A stretch of 33,153 bases of DNA, taken from assembly GCA_051453625.1 (NCBI GenBank), contig JBOZIK010000001.1, forward strand, positions 3,720,284 to 3,753,436, in the 5' to 3' direction. Below are positions 12,003-24,125 of the stretch, piece after piece. How positions within the stretch are numbered: position 1 is the first letter of the stretch; each line of letters opens with the position of its first letter. Position numbers and translations under genes: made by a program. The notes beneath the pieces were generated by a model. That model made no database searches. It was not told the DNA's origin and saw only the letters and a program-made list of their open reading frames with translations. Origin of the DNA: Welwitschia mirabilis (lineage: Eukaryota).

Positions 12003-13483
12003 TATTCATGNNNNNNNNNNATGGAAAATTCTTTAAATGTCCCTATTCATGTAAGTACAATGAACTAGATTTAAATTGGATAAGAACCTAGTATTATTTT
12101 ATGTAATAACTTAATAAAAGTGATACAACAATCCTTCCTTAAAATAAAATCAAAATGAAACATAAAATTAAAGTTCAAAATTTTAATGTAATCTTTGATT
12201 GATGATGTAAGAGAATGGATGAACTCTAAAGGTCTAATTGATTCATTTAATGATCCACTTCACTCTAATTATTCTACATTCCTAAAATATAAACTAAGAT
12301 TATCAGGTCATTGAGGCTTAGGTGTGATAATATAATTAATCCATTACAAGAGTGTTAGTGAGTTGATCAATCCCTCTATTCCTTCATAGTCCTTCATAAT
12401 CATGGAAAATATAAATGATTATGCATAAGATGCATTAAACAACAATGATTATAAATCATAGAAATAACCTTAAAAAACACCCTTGATAATGAAAGTAACT
12501 TGATAAATAAGTACCCTCCCCTAAGGATTTATAATGCTAAATTAACATGAAATAATAATAAAAGAATGAATCACTACTTACAAGAACTAGCCTCACTTAA
12601 ATATTACTAATACTAGATTAATGTACATTAAAAATAAAATAATTAATAACTGATCTTGTATTAAAACTTAAAAGATACATTGCATCAATGAAAAGTGGTA
12701 AATCGAGTAGACTCCTCAAATAGACTTGAAAAAAATCCATCCTCAAAGAAGGTGCTTAGAATGCCATGTCCTAATGCTCCAAGTCTTTTCACCACATTTA
12801 CCATCTAAAAGATCTAGTACAATTGAGGCTCAAATCACTTTTATAGATGAGGAAAGCTTGGAGAGATTTGTCATGATGTGATTAGTGGATGGTTACATAT
12901 GGGGAATTACATTTAGGTAGTTATTAAGGAGAAACTTATAAATATTTGGCATGTAGCCTTAAAGGAGGATTCTTTATCTTCTAATATAAGAAATATGATG
13001 ACATGTTCTTTGACTGATGATGTATTTGCCAATGGGTGTTATGTCATGTTTCTTCCATGTAATAATCTTTATTACTACCACATGTTACTATGACATGTTG
13101 TTTTATGCTTTCACCATGTATTGTTAAAGTTTAAGGTTTAATCTAGTTTATCATCCAGCTAAGCCTACAAGTGTAATTTGATGATTTTTCAAAAGAATGA
13201 AAGAACATGAGTTTGAAGTGAATCTACATTAGAAGACTAGTAGCAACACTAGATCTAGATAGTAGCACTAACATTATTTGCTAGAATTTCTTTAGTTTTA
13301 TGTAATATACTCTAGAAGATAGTAATAAAATTACTTATGTTAGGAGTAAGCTCACATTTACATGAACTATGATAAAAAGTTAAAATAAATCATTTTATGA
13401 TGAAAGAAATAAGTTTAATATCTTTCTCTATGCAAAATTAATCAACTATACTTGCTTGGAATGTCATATTTCACATATAAGCA
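12003..13483 (-). mobile_element. 3' LTR of element B (~1.44 kb counted from 12044; contains a 10-N gap)
   Basis: Colinear with 17649-19078 throughout (e.g. gtaagtacaatgaactagatttaaa vs gtaagtataatgagttagatttaaa). Roughly 75-80% identity by eye, mostly transitions. TATA-like CTATAAAA on the minus strand at 12839-12846. Confidence 0.9.
12011..12020. other. Assembly gap (10 N)
   Basis: N run. Confidence 1.
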
Positions 13484-15599
13484 CATCCCATAACCAGAAT
13501 TTCACTAGTCTTTTATTAAAATATTGATAATGAAATGCTTAACATGAAAAATTATCTATGTAAAATATTCAAGCATGAAAATGATATGATATTTTAAAAA
13601 AATTTTGATTAGTTTTTAACAAATAAGACATCAACATTAGGAATGTTTTTTAAAAAGCTAATATCATACCCCCAACCAAAACTAAACTTTATCCTCAAAG
13701 TTAATGAGATAAAAAATTTAATATTAAGCTTTTTAAGAAAAAGTCTAAGTGTTAAAAATAGGCCAAAGAATGATTTTGATGTAAGTATTTAGGAAAAACT
13801 ATAACGCAAAGAATTTAAACTAGCATATAAAACATACTCAAATATATTTTAATGCAATACATAATAAAATGAAAAAGTGAGATACTTTCAGTCACTAGCT
13901 TTACAAATTAGGATTATTGTATGGATGATGAAAATGGGATTGAATGTGAAAATGAAACGTGATCATAATAAATGGATTACAATCCATTTTTGAATAATTT
14001 TATGAATGACTAAAAATCTTAAAAGACTATGAATGAGATAAGTGATGTTGTAGAAGATCTTGAAGGTGAAAACTAAAAAATGGACAAAGGTACTAGTTAG
14101 TAATAGCATAGCACTAGCTATTTTGGAATTTTGTGAATGAAAGCTTATGAAATAGTTTATTAACTAAAATGTTAAATTTTAATGTTAGAGACTAATTTAA
14201 ATGGTAAATGAATAGAGCAGGAATAGGATAAAGGTTTATGCTAAATGATTAAAAATAATTACAACTAGATCTTTTATTTACAATAAATGGTAATGTAATT
14301 AAAAATTAGTCTAAATATATAAGAATGCAAAAAACAAAAGACCTAAATTAATGGCCACTTTCATAAATTTTTTGTGAGTTTTATGCTTATTTACATGGAT
14401 TACAATGTAGAAACAAATCATATATCTTCTAAGTAAATGTATAAAAATCAAAAATTAGTTAGCAAACTTTCAAGTATATAATTTAAATAAAGTAAACATA
14501 CAAGTATCTCCAAATCCCATGTTTTTATTTCTGCTTTTACTTTTTTTGACAATCATGCATATTCCTTATTTTAAGGATTTAGATCAAGTCAAGCATCTAG
14601 TATTATGATATCACCTTTTAATAAAATCAAGCATGTTGTTTTATGAAGGAGGTAGTACTACATTTCTAATGAGTGTCTATAGTCTCGATGCAATTGAAAA
14701 TGTAATAAATATAACATTAGAGTTACATTACTAATGAACATCCATAGCCCTAATGCAGTTAAATAAACCTAATTTTTGACTAATTAATAGATAATATGTA
14801 ATTTTTGATTCCCATGAAATGGGTCATTGGCTCATTAGCCTAATCAAGAGAAATATTGTCCTCATAAAATGCTTTAAAAACATAAAACATAGCATGAAAA
14901 GAGATTCCACCTTTGTTCAACCACAATTTCTAATTAAGAGACCTTAAGTAAAACTAACTTTAATAAGGTTAGTTAGAAATAAGTAAAACCTTTTCTTAAA
15001 ACCCTAAAAGTAAACTTAAATTTTTCTTAATTCATAATAATAAGGTAATCACTTATTAATGGTTTATTCATTAAGGGTCATTTCCTAGAATCATTTAGTC
15101 TTAGAAATTCATGGATGAATGGAAGGAGAGAGTGATTGATGAGTTCTATTAGGTAGTACCAAAGTGAAAGGAATGGGTGATGAGGTATAAGGCAATGATA
15201 ATTTATTATATACTATAGGTGGCATTTGGAATTTCCTAAATAAAAATGTTTAAGGTAATGATTGTACAAGTGGTAAAGCTTGGATTATTTTAAACGAGAT
15301 AGGCCATGAAGCATAGATTTTTTAACATTTTTTTAAACCTAAATACATCCTAAAATAAAAATATAATCTAAAATAAAAATCTAATCTAAAATCATAGAAT
15401 AAATCTAAAAATTTTGAAAGGTATTTTCCAAGGTTGTGCATGTATGAAGGCTCAAAATGGTGATGAATGCAAGGTTTGAATGATAGGTCAAATTTATGCC
15501 AAGCATTTTGTACTAAGAGAGAGTTCATATAATTTTTTGTGCTTAAATCCATAAATTTTGAAGAACATCAACACAAGTAGTATAATTTATTCATTAAAA

Positions 15600-16867
15600 A
15601 TCAAAAACCATCTATTCTTTAGGTTGTTCCTATTTATTCAACAATTCATGTCAAACATCATTTTGGGACAAAGATAAATTGGAAGCTACTTGATAAGGTA
15701 AATGTTCATTAAGAAGATTATTAGAAAATGGTTCTAAAGTTAAAGAGGGTTTGTATTCTTCATTGAGATTTGGGTCTATCTTAGAAGGTAAAGATGAAAT
15801 TGACATTGTTGGCTCAAAAGGTTATTAATAAAAGGGCCTTCATAGGATGGATCATGAATGGACTCTTTCTCCTCTTTATTAAGGATATCAGGGGATTATT
15901 CCTCATGTGGTTGTACAAGGATCAATGATCTTGATTCAACAAAATGTTTTTTTCAATGTTGTCCTTTTTATTAATGTCACTTATTGATTCATCCTACATT
16001 GTATAACTCTTAAAGGATTTCCTTCCTCAACTAGTTATTCATATGTTAATGATTTCTCATCTTTTGATATGTTTAATCCTATACTAGAGTATAACCTTAT
16101 TTCACGTAATCATTTATTATGTAGTACATTTTTAAACTCCAGGTTTTTATAGCTCTCCTCATAGATGTCTTCATAGATTTCTTCATGGGTTTCTTCCTCA
16201 TTCCTAAAGAATATGGCTTGGGTGTTATCAATTTTACTATCTTTAATTATTTCAAAGTTTTTAAGACTCATAATAGAAATGTTATCCTCTTTTTATTAGT
16301 TAATAACCTTAATAATTTAAGCACTATTTTGGATTACTTATTACATAAATTAATCAATATTTTTCTTAGTTTTATTAGTGGTTTTTTCCAAAGAATGTGA
16401 AGAAGCTTAATTCATGTTGAAAGATATTTGAATAGCATCTTCTTAAAATCTCTATGGGGTAAATTCTAATAAAGGTAAGGAGGTTTGTTAAGTGTAGAAA
16501 AAGGGATGGTATTCATTAAATGATGAAAAATATAAAAAGGAAGATGAAGGCTAAGGGTTGTGAGGACTGATGGCAGATATGAAATTAAACTCTCTTTATT
16601 CAAAACACAAAATTTCATACTTAGGTTATAAATAGATTGATCTAAGTGTAGATAGGATTTTCAGATTGTAAGATATTCTTCTAAGATTTTTCTAGTATTA
16701 AAAGAATGGTATGTATTGTACTAAAGGTAATTCCCTAGAGATTATATATAATTGCCTATAGTTCATTTAGGTTAAATGTGGTTCTAAAAATTATAAGGAT
16801 TTTCATAATTCCCATAGCTATATTATAATTTAGAAGGTATTTTAAATGGATTATGTACCCAACTCAT
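15600..16867 (-). pseudogene. Degraded internal ORF of the B/C family (gag C-terminal/linker-like)
   Basis: Begins MSWVHNPFKIPSK at 16867, homologous to MSWMYNSFETPSK at 24857. Contains SSLPSKIDPNLNE (~15760-15798), similar to the Athila gag-end motif LPS.T..NP. Confidence 0.45.
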
Positions 16868-17625
16868 GTTAAGTTTCAAAAACAAATTAGTATAATTCTG
16901 TATAGGGTTACATATTCCTAACTTTTTGAGAATTCAAAGAAGGGCTGATATTATAAAGATCTTAGAGGATTTAAGAGATGTTATAATAGAGATTTAAAAG
17001 GTTTCTAAGCAAGAAAGTTAATGGTGCTAGTAAGAGAAGATAGCAGTGCTAGTTTCTTAGGGTAAAATAGTTTCATAAAGTAAAAAGGTTGTGTTTGTGT
17101 CTATACAAAATATTTGGAGTTGTAATATCTCAAAAATATTATCAAAAAACAAAAACATCTACAACTTGAAAAATACAACCTAGAAAAATAAACCTTAAAC
17201 ATTTTTTTAAATTTTAATAGTAAAAAATAACAATAGATCAAAACTAAAAATTACAAAAAAGAAAATTGTAAAAAACAAACAAAATATAAAACACAAAAAT
17301 ATGTTAGAGTTTAAATCTAGTTTTTTTTGTTTTATGATCACGGTTTCAGTTGCAACCTACATAAAATTATTAAACCTATAATACAAAATACTAGATATAG
17401 AAGTATACATTAGATTAGATTCAAAAAACTAGATAGAACTCAAAAACTTAGACTAGTTTAAGTTTCAATAGAAGAGGACTAGTACTCACAAATGGAAAAA
17501 TAAATAAATATATAAAAGATAAATAAAAGAAACAGTTTGGATATTATTGAAAAAAAGAACCCGTATGAACTCCTAGAAATGCAAGAAGAAAAATCATGCA
17601 CTCCTGGAAAGCTACTATGTTAATA

Positions 17626-17643
17626 TTCCTATTAATAATGCCA
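17626..17643 (-). promoter_or_regulatory. Decayed Athila-type (tRNA-Asp) PBS of element B
   Basis: TGGCATTATTAATAGGAA vs TGGCGCCGTTGCCGGGGA; all but one difference is C>T or G>A. Located 5 nt from the LTR end. Confidence 0.7.
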
Positions 17644-17648
17644 AAATT

Positions 17649-19078
17649 TATTTTTGTAAGTATAATGAGTTAGATTTAAACTAGGTAAGAACCTAGTATC
17701 ATTCTTTCATAGGGATATATATGTATGGTAATTTAACAAAAGTGATATAAAATCATAATTTACAATAAAAATCAAAATAAAACTTGATAATTTTAAAGTA
17801 ATCTTTGATTAATGATGAAAAGGAACAATTGTTCTTTAAAGATCTAGATTCTTTGTTTAATGCTCTACCTTCACTCTAATTATTCCTACATTTCTAAAAC
17901 ATAAAGTAAGATTATCAAGTTATTAAGGCTCAGGCATGGTGACATAATTTCATCCACCACATGAGTATTGATGAGTTATGCAATGCCTCTAATTCTTTAT
18001 AGCCCTTTATAAGAATGAAAAGTATGAATGATTGTGTATAATATCCATCAAATAATAGTAACTACAAATCATAGAAGTAACCTTAATAAAATCACTCAGT
18101 AATCAAAGAACTTGATAATGAAATAGTCTCTCCGAATACCAAACTAATGTGCATTAATAATAAAAGAATGAGTAACTACTTACAATAACTAGCCTTACTT
18201 AAAGATTACTAGTACTAGATTAATGTACATTAACAATGAAAAAATAAATAGCTAATTTTGTATTAAAACTTAAAAATATACATTACATTAATGAAGGAAG
18301 ATAAAGAAAGTAGACTTCTCAAATAGCTTTAAAACAAATGCACCTCTAAGAAAGGTGGTTATAATATCATGACGTTCTAATACTCCAAGTCTTTTCACCA
18401 CATTAACAAACAAAAAATCCATTACAATGGGAGCTGAAAGCCATTTTATAAATGAGAGAAGGCTTAAAGAGCTTTATCATGATGTGATTGGTGGACAGTT
18501 ATATAATAAGGGTTACATTTAAGTAGTTACTTAAGGAGGAAGTTAAAAATATTTAGCATGTAGCCTTAAAAGAGGATCCTTTATCTTTTAATGCAACAAA
18601 ATTAATGACATGCCCTTTGACTAATGATACAGTTGCCAAAAAGTATCATATCATGTTTCTTCCATGTAATCATCTTCATTATTATCACATGTTATTATGG
18701 CATGTTATTTTTTACTTCCACTATGTATCATTAAAATTGAACATTTATTTTATTTTATTGCCTGGCTAAGACTAGAAGTGTAATTTAATGAACATTCCAA
18801 AAGGATGCAAGAACATGAGTTTAAAGTAAATTTTCCTTAAAAGATAAGTGGTGCTGATGGATCTAGATAGTAGCATGGAATCATTTTCTAGAATTTATTT
18901 AATTTTTTGAAATGTCCTTTAAAATATAGTAATAAATCTACTTATGTTAGACAAAATCTTAATATGCTATAAAGGGTAAAAACATCATTTTATGATTAAA
19001 TTTATGAGTTTAATATCTTTTCCTATGAAAAATGAATTAACTATATTTTCTTGAAATGTCAATTTCTACATGTAAACA
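17649..19078 (-). mobile_element. 5' LTR of element B (1430 bp)
   Basis: Starts TGTTTACATG on the minus strand, is homologous to 12044-13483, and is followed by the PBS. Confidence 0.9.
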
Positions 19079-19083
19079 ACTTC
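19079..19083 (+). repeat. Right target-site duplication ACTTC of element B
   Basis: Matches 11998-12002. Confidence 0.85.
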
Positions 19084-19094
19084 TTTCAAACTAA

Positions 19095-19555
19095 AGACAT
19101 CTTTCTAGAGAAAATTAAGAAAAAAGGATGTTTCTATGCATAAAGAGGAACATTTTTTTAGTGGAATAGTTCAAATGAGAGTTGTTGATTGCTTTCTTAC
19201 TTAAAAAGGGCTTAACACCTAGGCTTTGATGCATTTTTTTAATTCTAGATTTACAATATCAAAGATGTCTACAACTTGAAAGATATCTAAAATGATAAAA
19301 ATAGATGCTTGTAAATTCCAAATATTTCTACTGATAGAAATTTTAAATTATTATTTAAGGCAATAAAGACATCTATTAATTTTAAGAAATCTATAACAAA
19401 AACACTAGACACATACCTATTTGAAATATTTTTGTTCTACTTTTTTAATTGTTGACATATAAAGACATCTATACCATTAAAAAAATCTTTTAAATAGATA
19501 TTTTCATATTGAAATACATCTTCAACTTATACATTTGTAGATCACAAAGACATCT
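19095..19555. repeat. Dispersed octamer array AGA(C/T)(A/G)TCT between pol and ORF2 of element A
   Basis: AGACATCT at 19095, 19367, 19463 and 19548; AGATGTCT at 19263; AGATATCT at 19281; variants at 19385 and 19514. Confidence 0.8.
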
Positions 19556-19779
19556 ACCCTACATTCTTGAAAACTTCCATATTTTTTGCTAGTTACATCA
19601 TTATTAGAGAATATGACTTAAAATAATATGAGCAATCATAAAAATTTTAAATAAAATGCTAATCACATGGTAAAACTTCAATGTTCTATAGCTAATATCT
19701 TAATCCATGAAAACACTCATACATAATATGATAAATTAAGATTTAAGAGAGGTTACCTATGAACTTATCTTATTGGGCA

Positions 19780-22730
19780 AGGTTTAATCACTAATTTTTG
19801 ACATAGCTTAATGAACCTTTCTCCACTTAATGGCTTTGTGGATACCTATATGAATTAATCATCCATTTCAACATATTTCAAAGTGATACCTTTATTTTTC
19901 ACATGTTCTCTAAGAAAGTGATGTCTGATTTCAATGTGTTTTATCCTAAAATACTAAGTAGGATTCTTGGATATGTTGATAGTACTCTTATTATCACATG
20001 AGATTGATATATTCTTCATTTTAAGTTTAAAATACTTTAACATTTTATTCAATAATAGAACTTAAGAATAATAACTTCTAGTAGCAATGTTCTCAGCTTT
20101 AGTAGTTGAATTTTTCTTTTTATTACTCCATCATACCAAGCATTACTCTAAGAAGTAGTATTCTATACTAGTACTTGCTCTATTATCCTTACAACCTATC
20201 TAGTCATTTTTATCCTTATTTAGTTTTATTCTTTGATTCATTGGAGTATATTTCACCTTATAATCCTATAACCCATAATTCTCTAATATATTTTTGATAT
20301 ATTAGTTTATAAAACAAAAGTATCTTATTTATATTTCATAACTTGTAGTTCCAAAAAGTTGCTTGTTTCTCCCATGATGCTCGTATCAAATTCATCCTAC
20401 ATAATCTTTATAAACTTCTTGTGTAATGATTCATTAGTAGTATTAATAATAATATCATCTATATATGTATTTTCACAATAGTTAAGTCATTACCATCTAT
20501 TTTTATAAATAAAGTAATATTAAATGTCCCTATTTTGAACTCATTTTCTATTAAGGATTCTAAAAGTCTCTCATAACAAGTTTAGAGGTTTTCTTAAGTT
20601 CAGTTAGAGCTATTTTTAACCTATAAAAATAATTTAATTTATTTGAATTAGTAAAATCTATATGTTGTTTAACATATACTTCTTATTATACAACTCTATT
20701 TAAAAAGGCACTTTTGACATGCATTTGGTAGAGCTTGAATCCTTTAACACATGCAAAAACTAAAGAATCCTAATTTATTTCATACATGCTACTAGTATAA
20801 AGGTTTTCTCAAAATTAATTCCTTCTTGTTGGTTGTATCTTTTTGCTATTAGTTTTACTTTGTTTCTAATGATATTATCCTCTTCATCTATCTTTTTCTT
20901 GAAAATCCATTTAATGCCTATTATGATTTGTTAAATGGTCTTTACATATTTTAAACTAATTTAACTCCTCTTATATTACTAGCATCTAATGTTCATCACT
21001 TTTTACTTCACTAAAGTTTCTAGCTTCCACTTAAGAAACGTAAGCTACATATCCACAAAGATCCTTAGTATGAATTCTTCTTTATGCACTACCATAAGAA
21101 TTATGAATTATGTTACTAGTTGAATGACTCTTTTTTAGTCTGATCATTCATGATGAGGTTTGCCTTTTATATTATTAGTCCTTCTCCTCTTCATTATCTA
21201 ATTATGCTAATATTTTATTAGAAGTTTGTTTAAGTTAAATGAATACACATTCATCTTACACATAAATAGAAGTTACATCAGTATTGTCAATTTTAACATT
21301 AATAGTTTCTTGTACCATCGTGTTTTTTTTTAAACATTGATAGGATTTATTGACTATTCAATATCCTAGAAAGATATTACCATCAATTTTATAGTTAAAT
21401 CTTCTAATCTTATCTTTTTCATTCAGAATGAAACATTTAGAACCAAAAACATGAAAATAGCTTACCAGTAATTTCTTATTAGAGTAGCGCTCATATGAGG
21501 TTTTAGAAGTAAAGTGTCTTATCAGAACTTTATTGGAAACATAGCAAATAATATTAATGGCTTCTATCAAAAAATAATAAGGAATTTATTAATTGTGCAT
21601 CATTATTCTTGCCATCTCATTTAGCACTTTATTATTTCTTTTAGATACTCCATTTTGTTATGATGTTCTTAGAGTAAATAATTTGTGAAAGATATCAAAC
21701 TATTTATAAATTTCTTAAACCTTGCATTCTTGAATCTAATACTATTGTAATTTTTTATTATTTTGATCTTATATCCTTTCTAATTTTGTAACTTAATATA
21801 TGACTTAGAGAAAATGTTAAAGGTCCCATCCTATGTGCAAGAAAAGTCATTCATTTGAAACAAGAATAATCATCAACAATAATTAAATATTTTTTTCTTA
21901 TTAAGACTTTCAAAAGAAGATGGATTAATAATATCAAGACATAGAAGGTCTAATGAACATTTTATAGTAATAAAATTATTCTTACTAAATCTTAACATTC
22001 TTTTCTTTCACTTTTGACAAGCTTCACAAACCTAGTCATAAAATTTTAGAAGTTTTATTATCATATCTTTTAAGGATAAAGCCTTTAATAGATCCTTGTT
22101 CACATGTTTAAGCTTTCTATGCCACATCTTTATATTACTTGTAATACCTAGAAAACACTTGATGTCTTTTTTACAAATATCTTATAAAGTAGTGACATAG
22201 ACATTTGATTTTCTAAGTCTAATGAATAAAATCTTATTTGAATCATGCTTTTTTATGATACAATCATCTTTAGTAAAATTTACAAAAGAAATTTGCATTA
22301 CATAATTAACTAACACTAAGTAGATTATGTTGTAAACCTTTCACATAAAATATATATTTTTCCTTAGGTAGATTACCTCCTTTAATGGTTTCAATAACTT
22401 TGATTGATGTGCTACGTTGTCATCATAGTGACCATAGCTTTTTCTTGCTCAACGAAGGAAGTAAAACTTGATTTTTTACTAGTCATATGTCTAGTGAATC
22501 CACTATAAACATACCAGACATGTCTCTTTATGGTACATGAGGTAATCTAAGCTACAAGTATTGGCCTTCATTTTAGAATCCAAACCTTCTTTGGTTTTAC
22601 TTATACAAAACATTGTACCATTTTCTTTGGCCTCTGGGCACTATTGGTAAATTATCTACTACTAAACTAAAATGAATAAATAAATTGATAATAACCAGAT
22701 TTATAATAATAATAGTAGGTAATATTATTT
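19780..22730 (-). pseudogene. Ty1/copia gag end and pol (PR, GAG-pre-integrase, INT, RT, RH) remnant
   Basis: PR: VWYVYSGFTRHMTS (~22478-22519). Pre-integrase: MWHRKLKHVN (~22098-22127). INT: IIVDDYS (~21863-21883), RTS*QNGV (~21646-21669), ORF 21358-21570 EAINIICYVSN...YFHVFGSKCFILN...IFLGY. RT: KVKLIAKRYNQQEGINF (~20812-20862), LYQMHVKSAFLN, YIDDII (~20450-20465). RH: STTKAENIA, CDNKSTINISKNP...KHIEIRHHFLREHV (~19900-19998). Confidence 0.95.
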
Positions 22731-22749
22731 ATGTAAGCTACATCCTCAT

Positions 22750-24101
22750 TATTATCATGTAAAAATTGACATTCTAATTAAGATAAATGACCAAATTATC
22801 TTAATGAAAGACATTAATATAATCAATTTTATCATAAATACATCTCTTCTATTAATTTTTATATTAATTTTTCACTTATCATTTTCCCATGGCATTTTTA
22901 GGTTCATTATCACATTTTAAGGACTTCACAAAATATTATGATTATTCAAGTTAAAATACTAGTGCTACTATCCAATACTATTGGCACTATTAGTAATTAT
23001 GAGTAGATAACTTAAATAGTACATTCTTGAATTATCATAGAAAATGAAGTAAAATGTAGTTATGGGCTTGCTTAAATTTAACCATGAAAATAACTTACAC
23101 GTTTGATGACTTGTGGTGGTGATGACGCCGACATGTAGTAGTAACATATGGCATTACTGACTAGGATGATAGTGGAGACACATGATGATAATAGTATTCA
23201 GCATCAGTAGTAGCGTCTAGGAGCTAATTGTTGGCTACGTCATAAGAATCTTTACATAATGAATACATGATAAGACACTCTATCGAATGATATCATTATG
23301 TAATTACTCATCTAATGCTATAAGCCAAAGTTTTATAACCACCCCCACCCCCATACTTCCTTATAAAAAGAGCCTTGAGTGCTTTTTTATAATCATCCTT
23401 TGTTTAGGAAAAATATAGAGTTTTTTGAGTGTCAGTCATGACAGCCTTCTTAGCACCTCTTTGAGAAGTAAGATTGCTTTGGAGGATAGTCTAGGAAGTA
23501 CTTTTATCTTTCTTTATGTTTGATGTAATGTGCTTATTTCTAATTTAAATCTAAAGGGTGTTCTTTTTTAATTATTAGTTGTAATTAATTTTGTATTAAG
23601 AATGACTAAGTAACATTTATTATCAAGTTTTACTTTGGTCAACTAAGTGAATTTATTAAGTTAATTAATCTAAGTCTTAGTAATTTCATGAATCTTATGT
23701 AATTTAAAATTTATGCTTTACATTTTTATTACTAGGATATGAACGATTAGTGACTTTGGAATTCACTGATGCTCAAATGGTAAATGAGATTATGTTACTA
23801 TGGCTCAAGACTTTACACTTGAATTTCTAAAGTCTTTTTAGGATAGTGCATCATATGGTTGAGTGAGGAATCGTAGAAGGACAAATTAGATGAATATTTA
23901 GAGCTTCTTTACTTCTCACTTTTCTAGATAAAGTTTCAAAACCAATTTCTCAACTCTCTTCTTTTCTTTTCTTTAATTTATAACTTGTAAGTTTAGTAAG
24001 AGTTTGTGTAATTTTTATTTAAATAATCTTAATTATTCTTATGGAATAATGATACTAGTTCTTATCTAGTTTTAAATCCAGTTCATATAGTTAAACAAAT
24101 A
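22750..24101 (+). mobile_element. 5' LTR of element C (~1.35 kb)
   Basis: Homologous to B's LTRs at both termini, with TATAAAA at 23362-23368 and a PBS following. Confidence 0.8.
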
Positions 24102-24107
24102 TGATTT

Positions 24108-24125
24108 TGACACCATTGTTAGGGA
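24108..24125 (+). promoter_or_regulatory. Decayed Athila-type (tRNA-Asp) PBS of element C
   Basis: TGACACCATTGTTAGGGA vs TGGCGCCGTTGCCGGGGA; every difference is a transition. Confidence 0.8.

Larger units (their letters stand above)
12003..19078 (-). mobile_element. Element B: complete non-autonomous (LARD-like) Athila-related LTR element, ~7.1 kb, no pol
   Basis: Two homologous direct LTRs, a decayed Athila-type PBS at 17626-17643, PPT-like motifs at 13484-13495 and 13665-13700, and a 5-bp TSD. No PR, RT, RH or INT motifs recognised in the 4.2-kb interior. Confidence 0.85.
10072..22749 (-). mobile_element. Element A: decayed Ty1/copia (Sirevirus-like) retrotransposon, interrupted by element B and cut in gag by element C
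   Basis: Copia domain order PR-INT-RT-RH at 19780-22520, a long post-pol region with an ORF2 remnant, and a PPT-like motif at 10161-10177. The flanks of B rejoin across TSD ACTTC. Confidence 0.75.

Noticed and set aside
15322..16400. ORFs 15322-15552 and 16185-16400 as genes
   Set aside because: Short, low-complexity frames inside element B with no recognisable domain.
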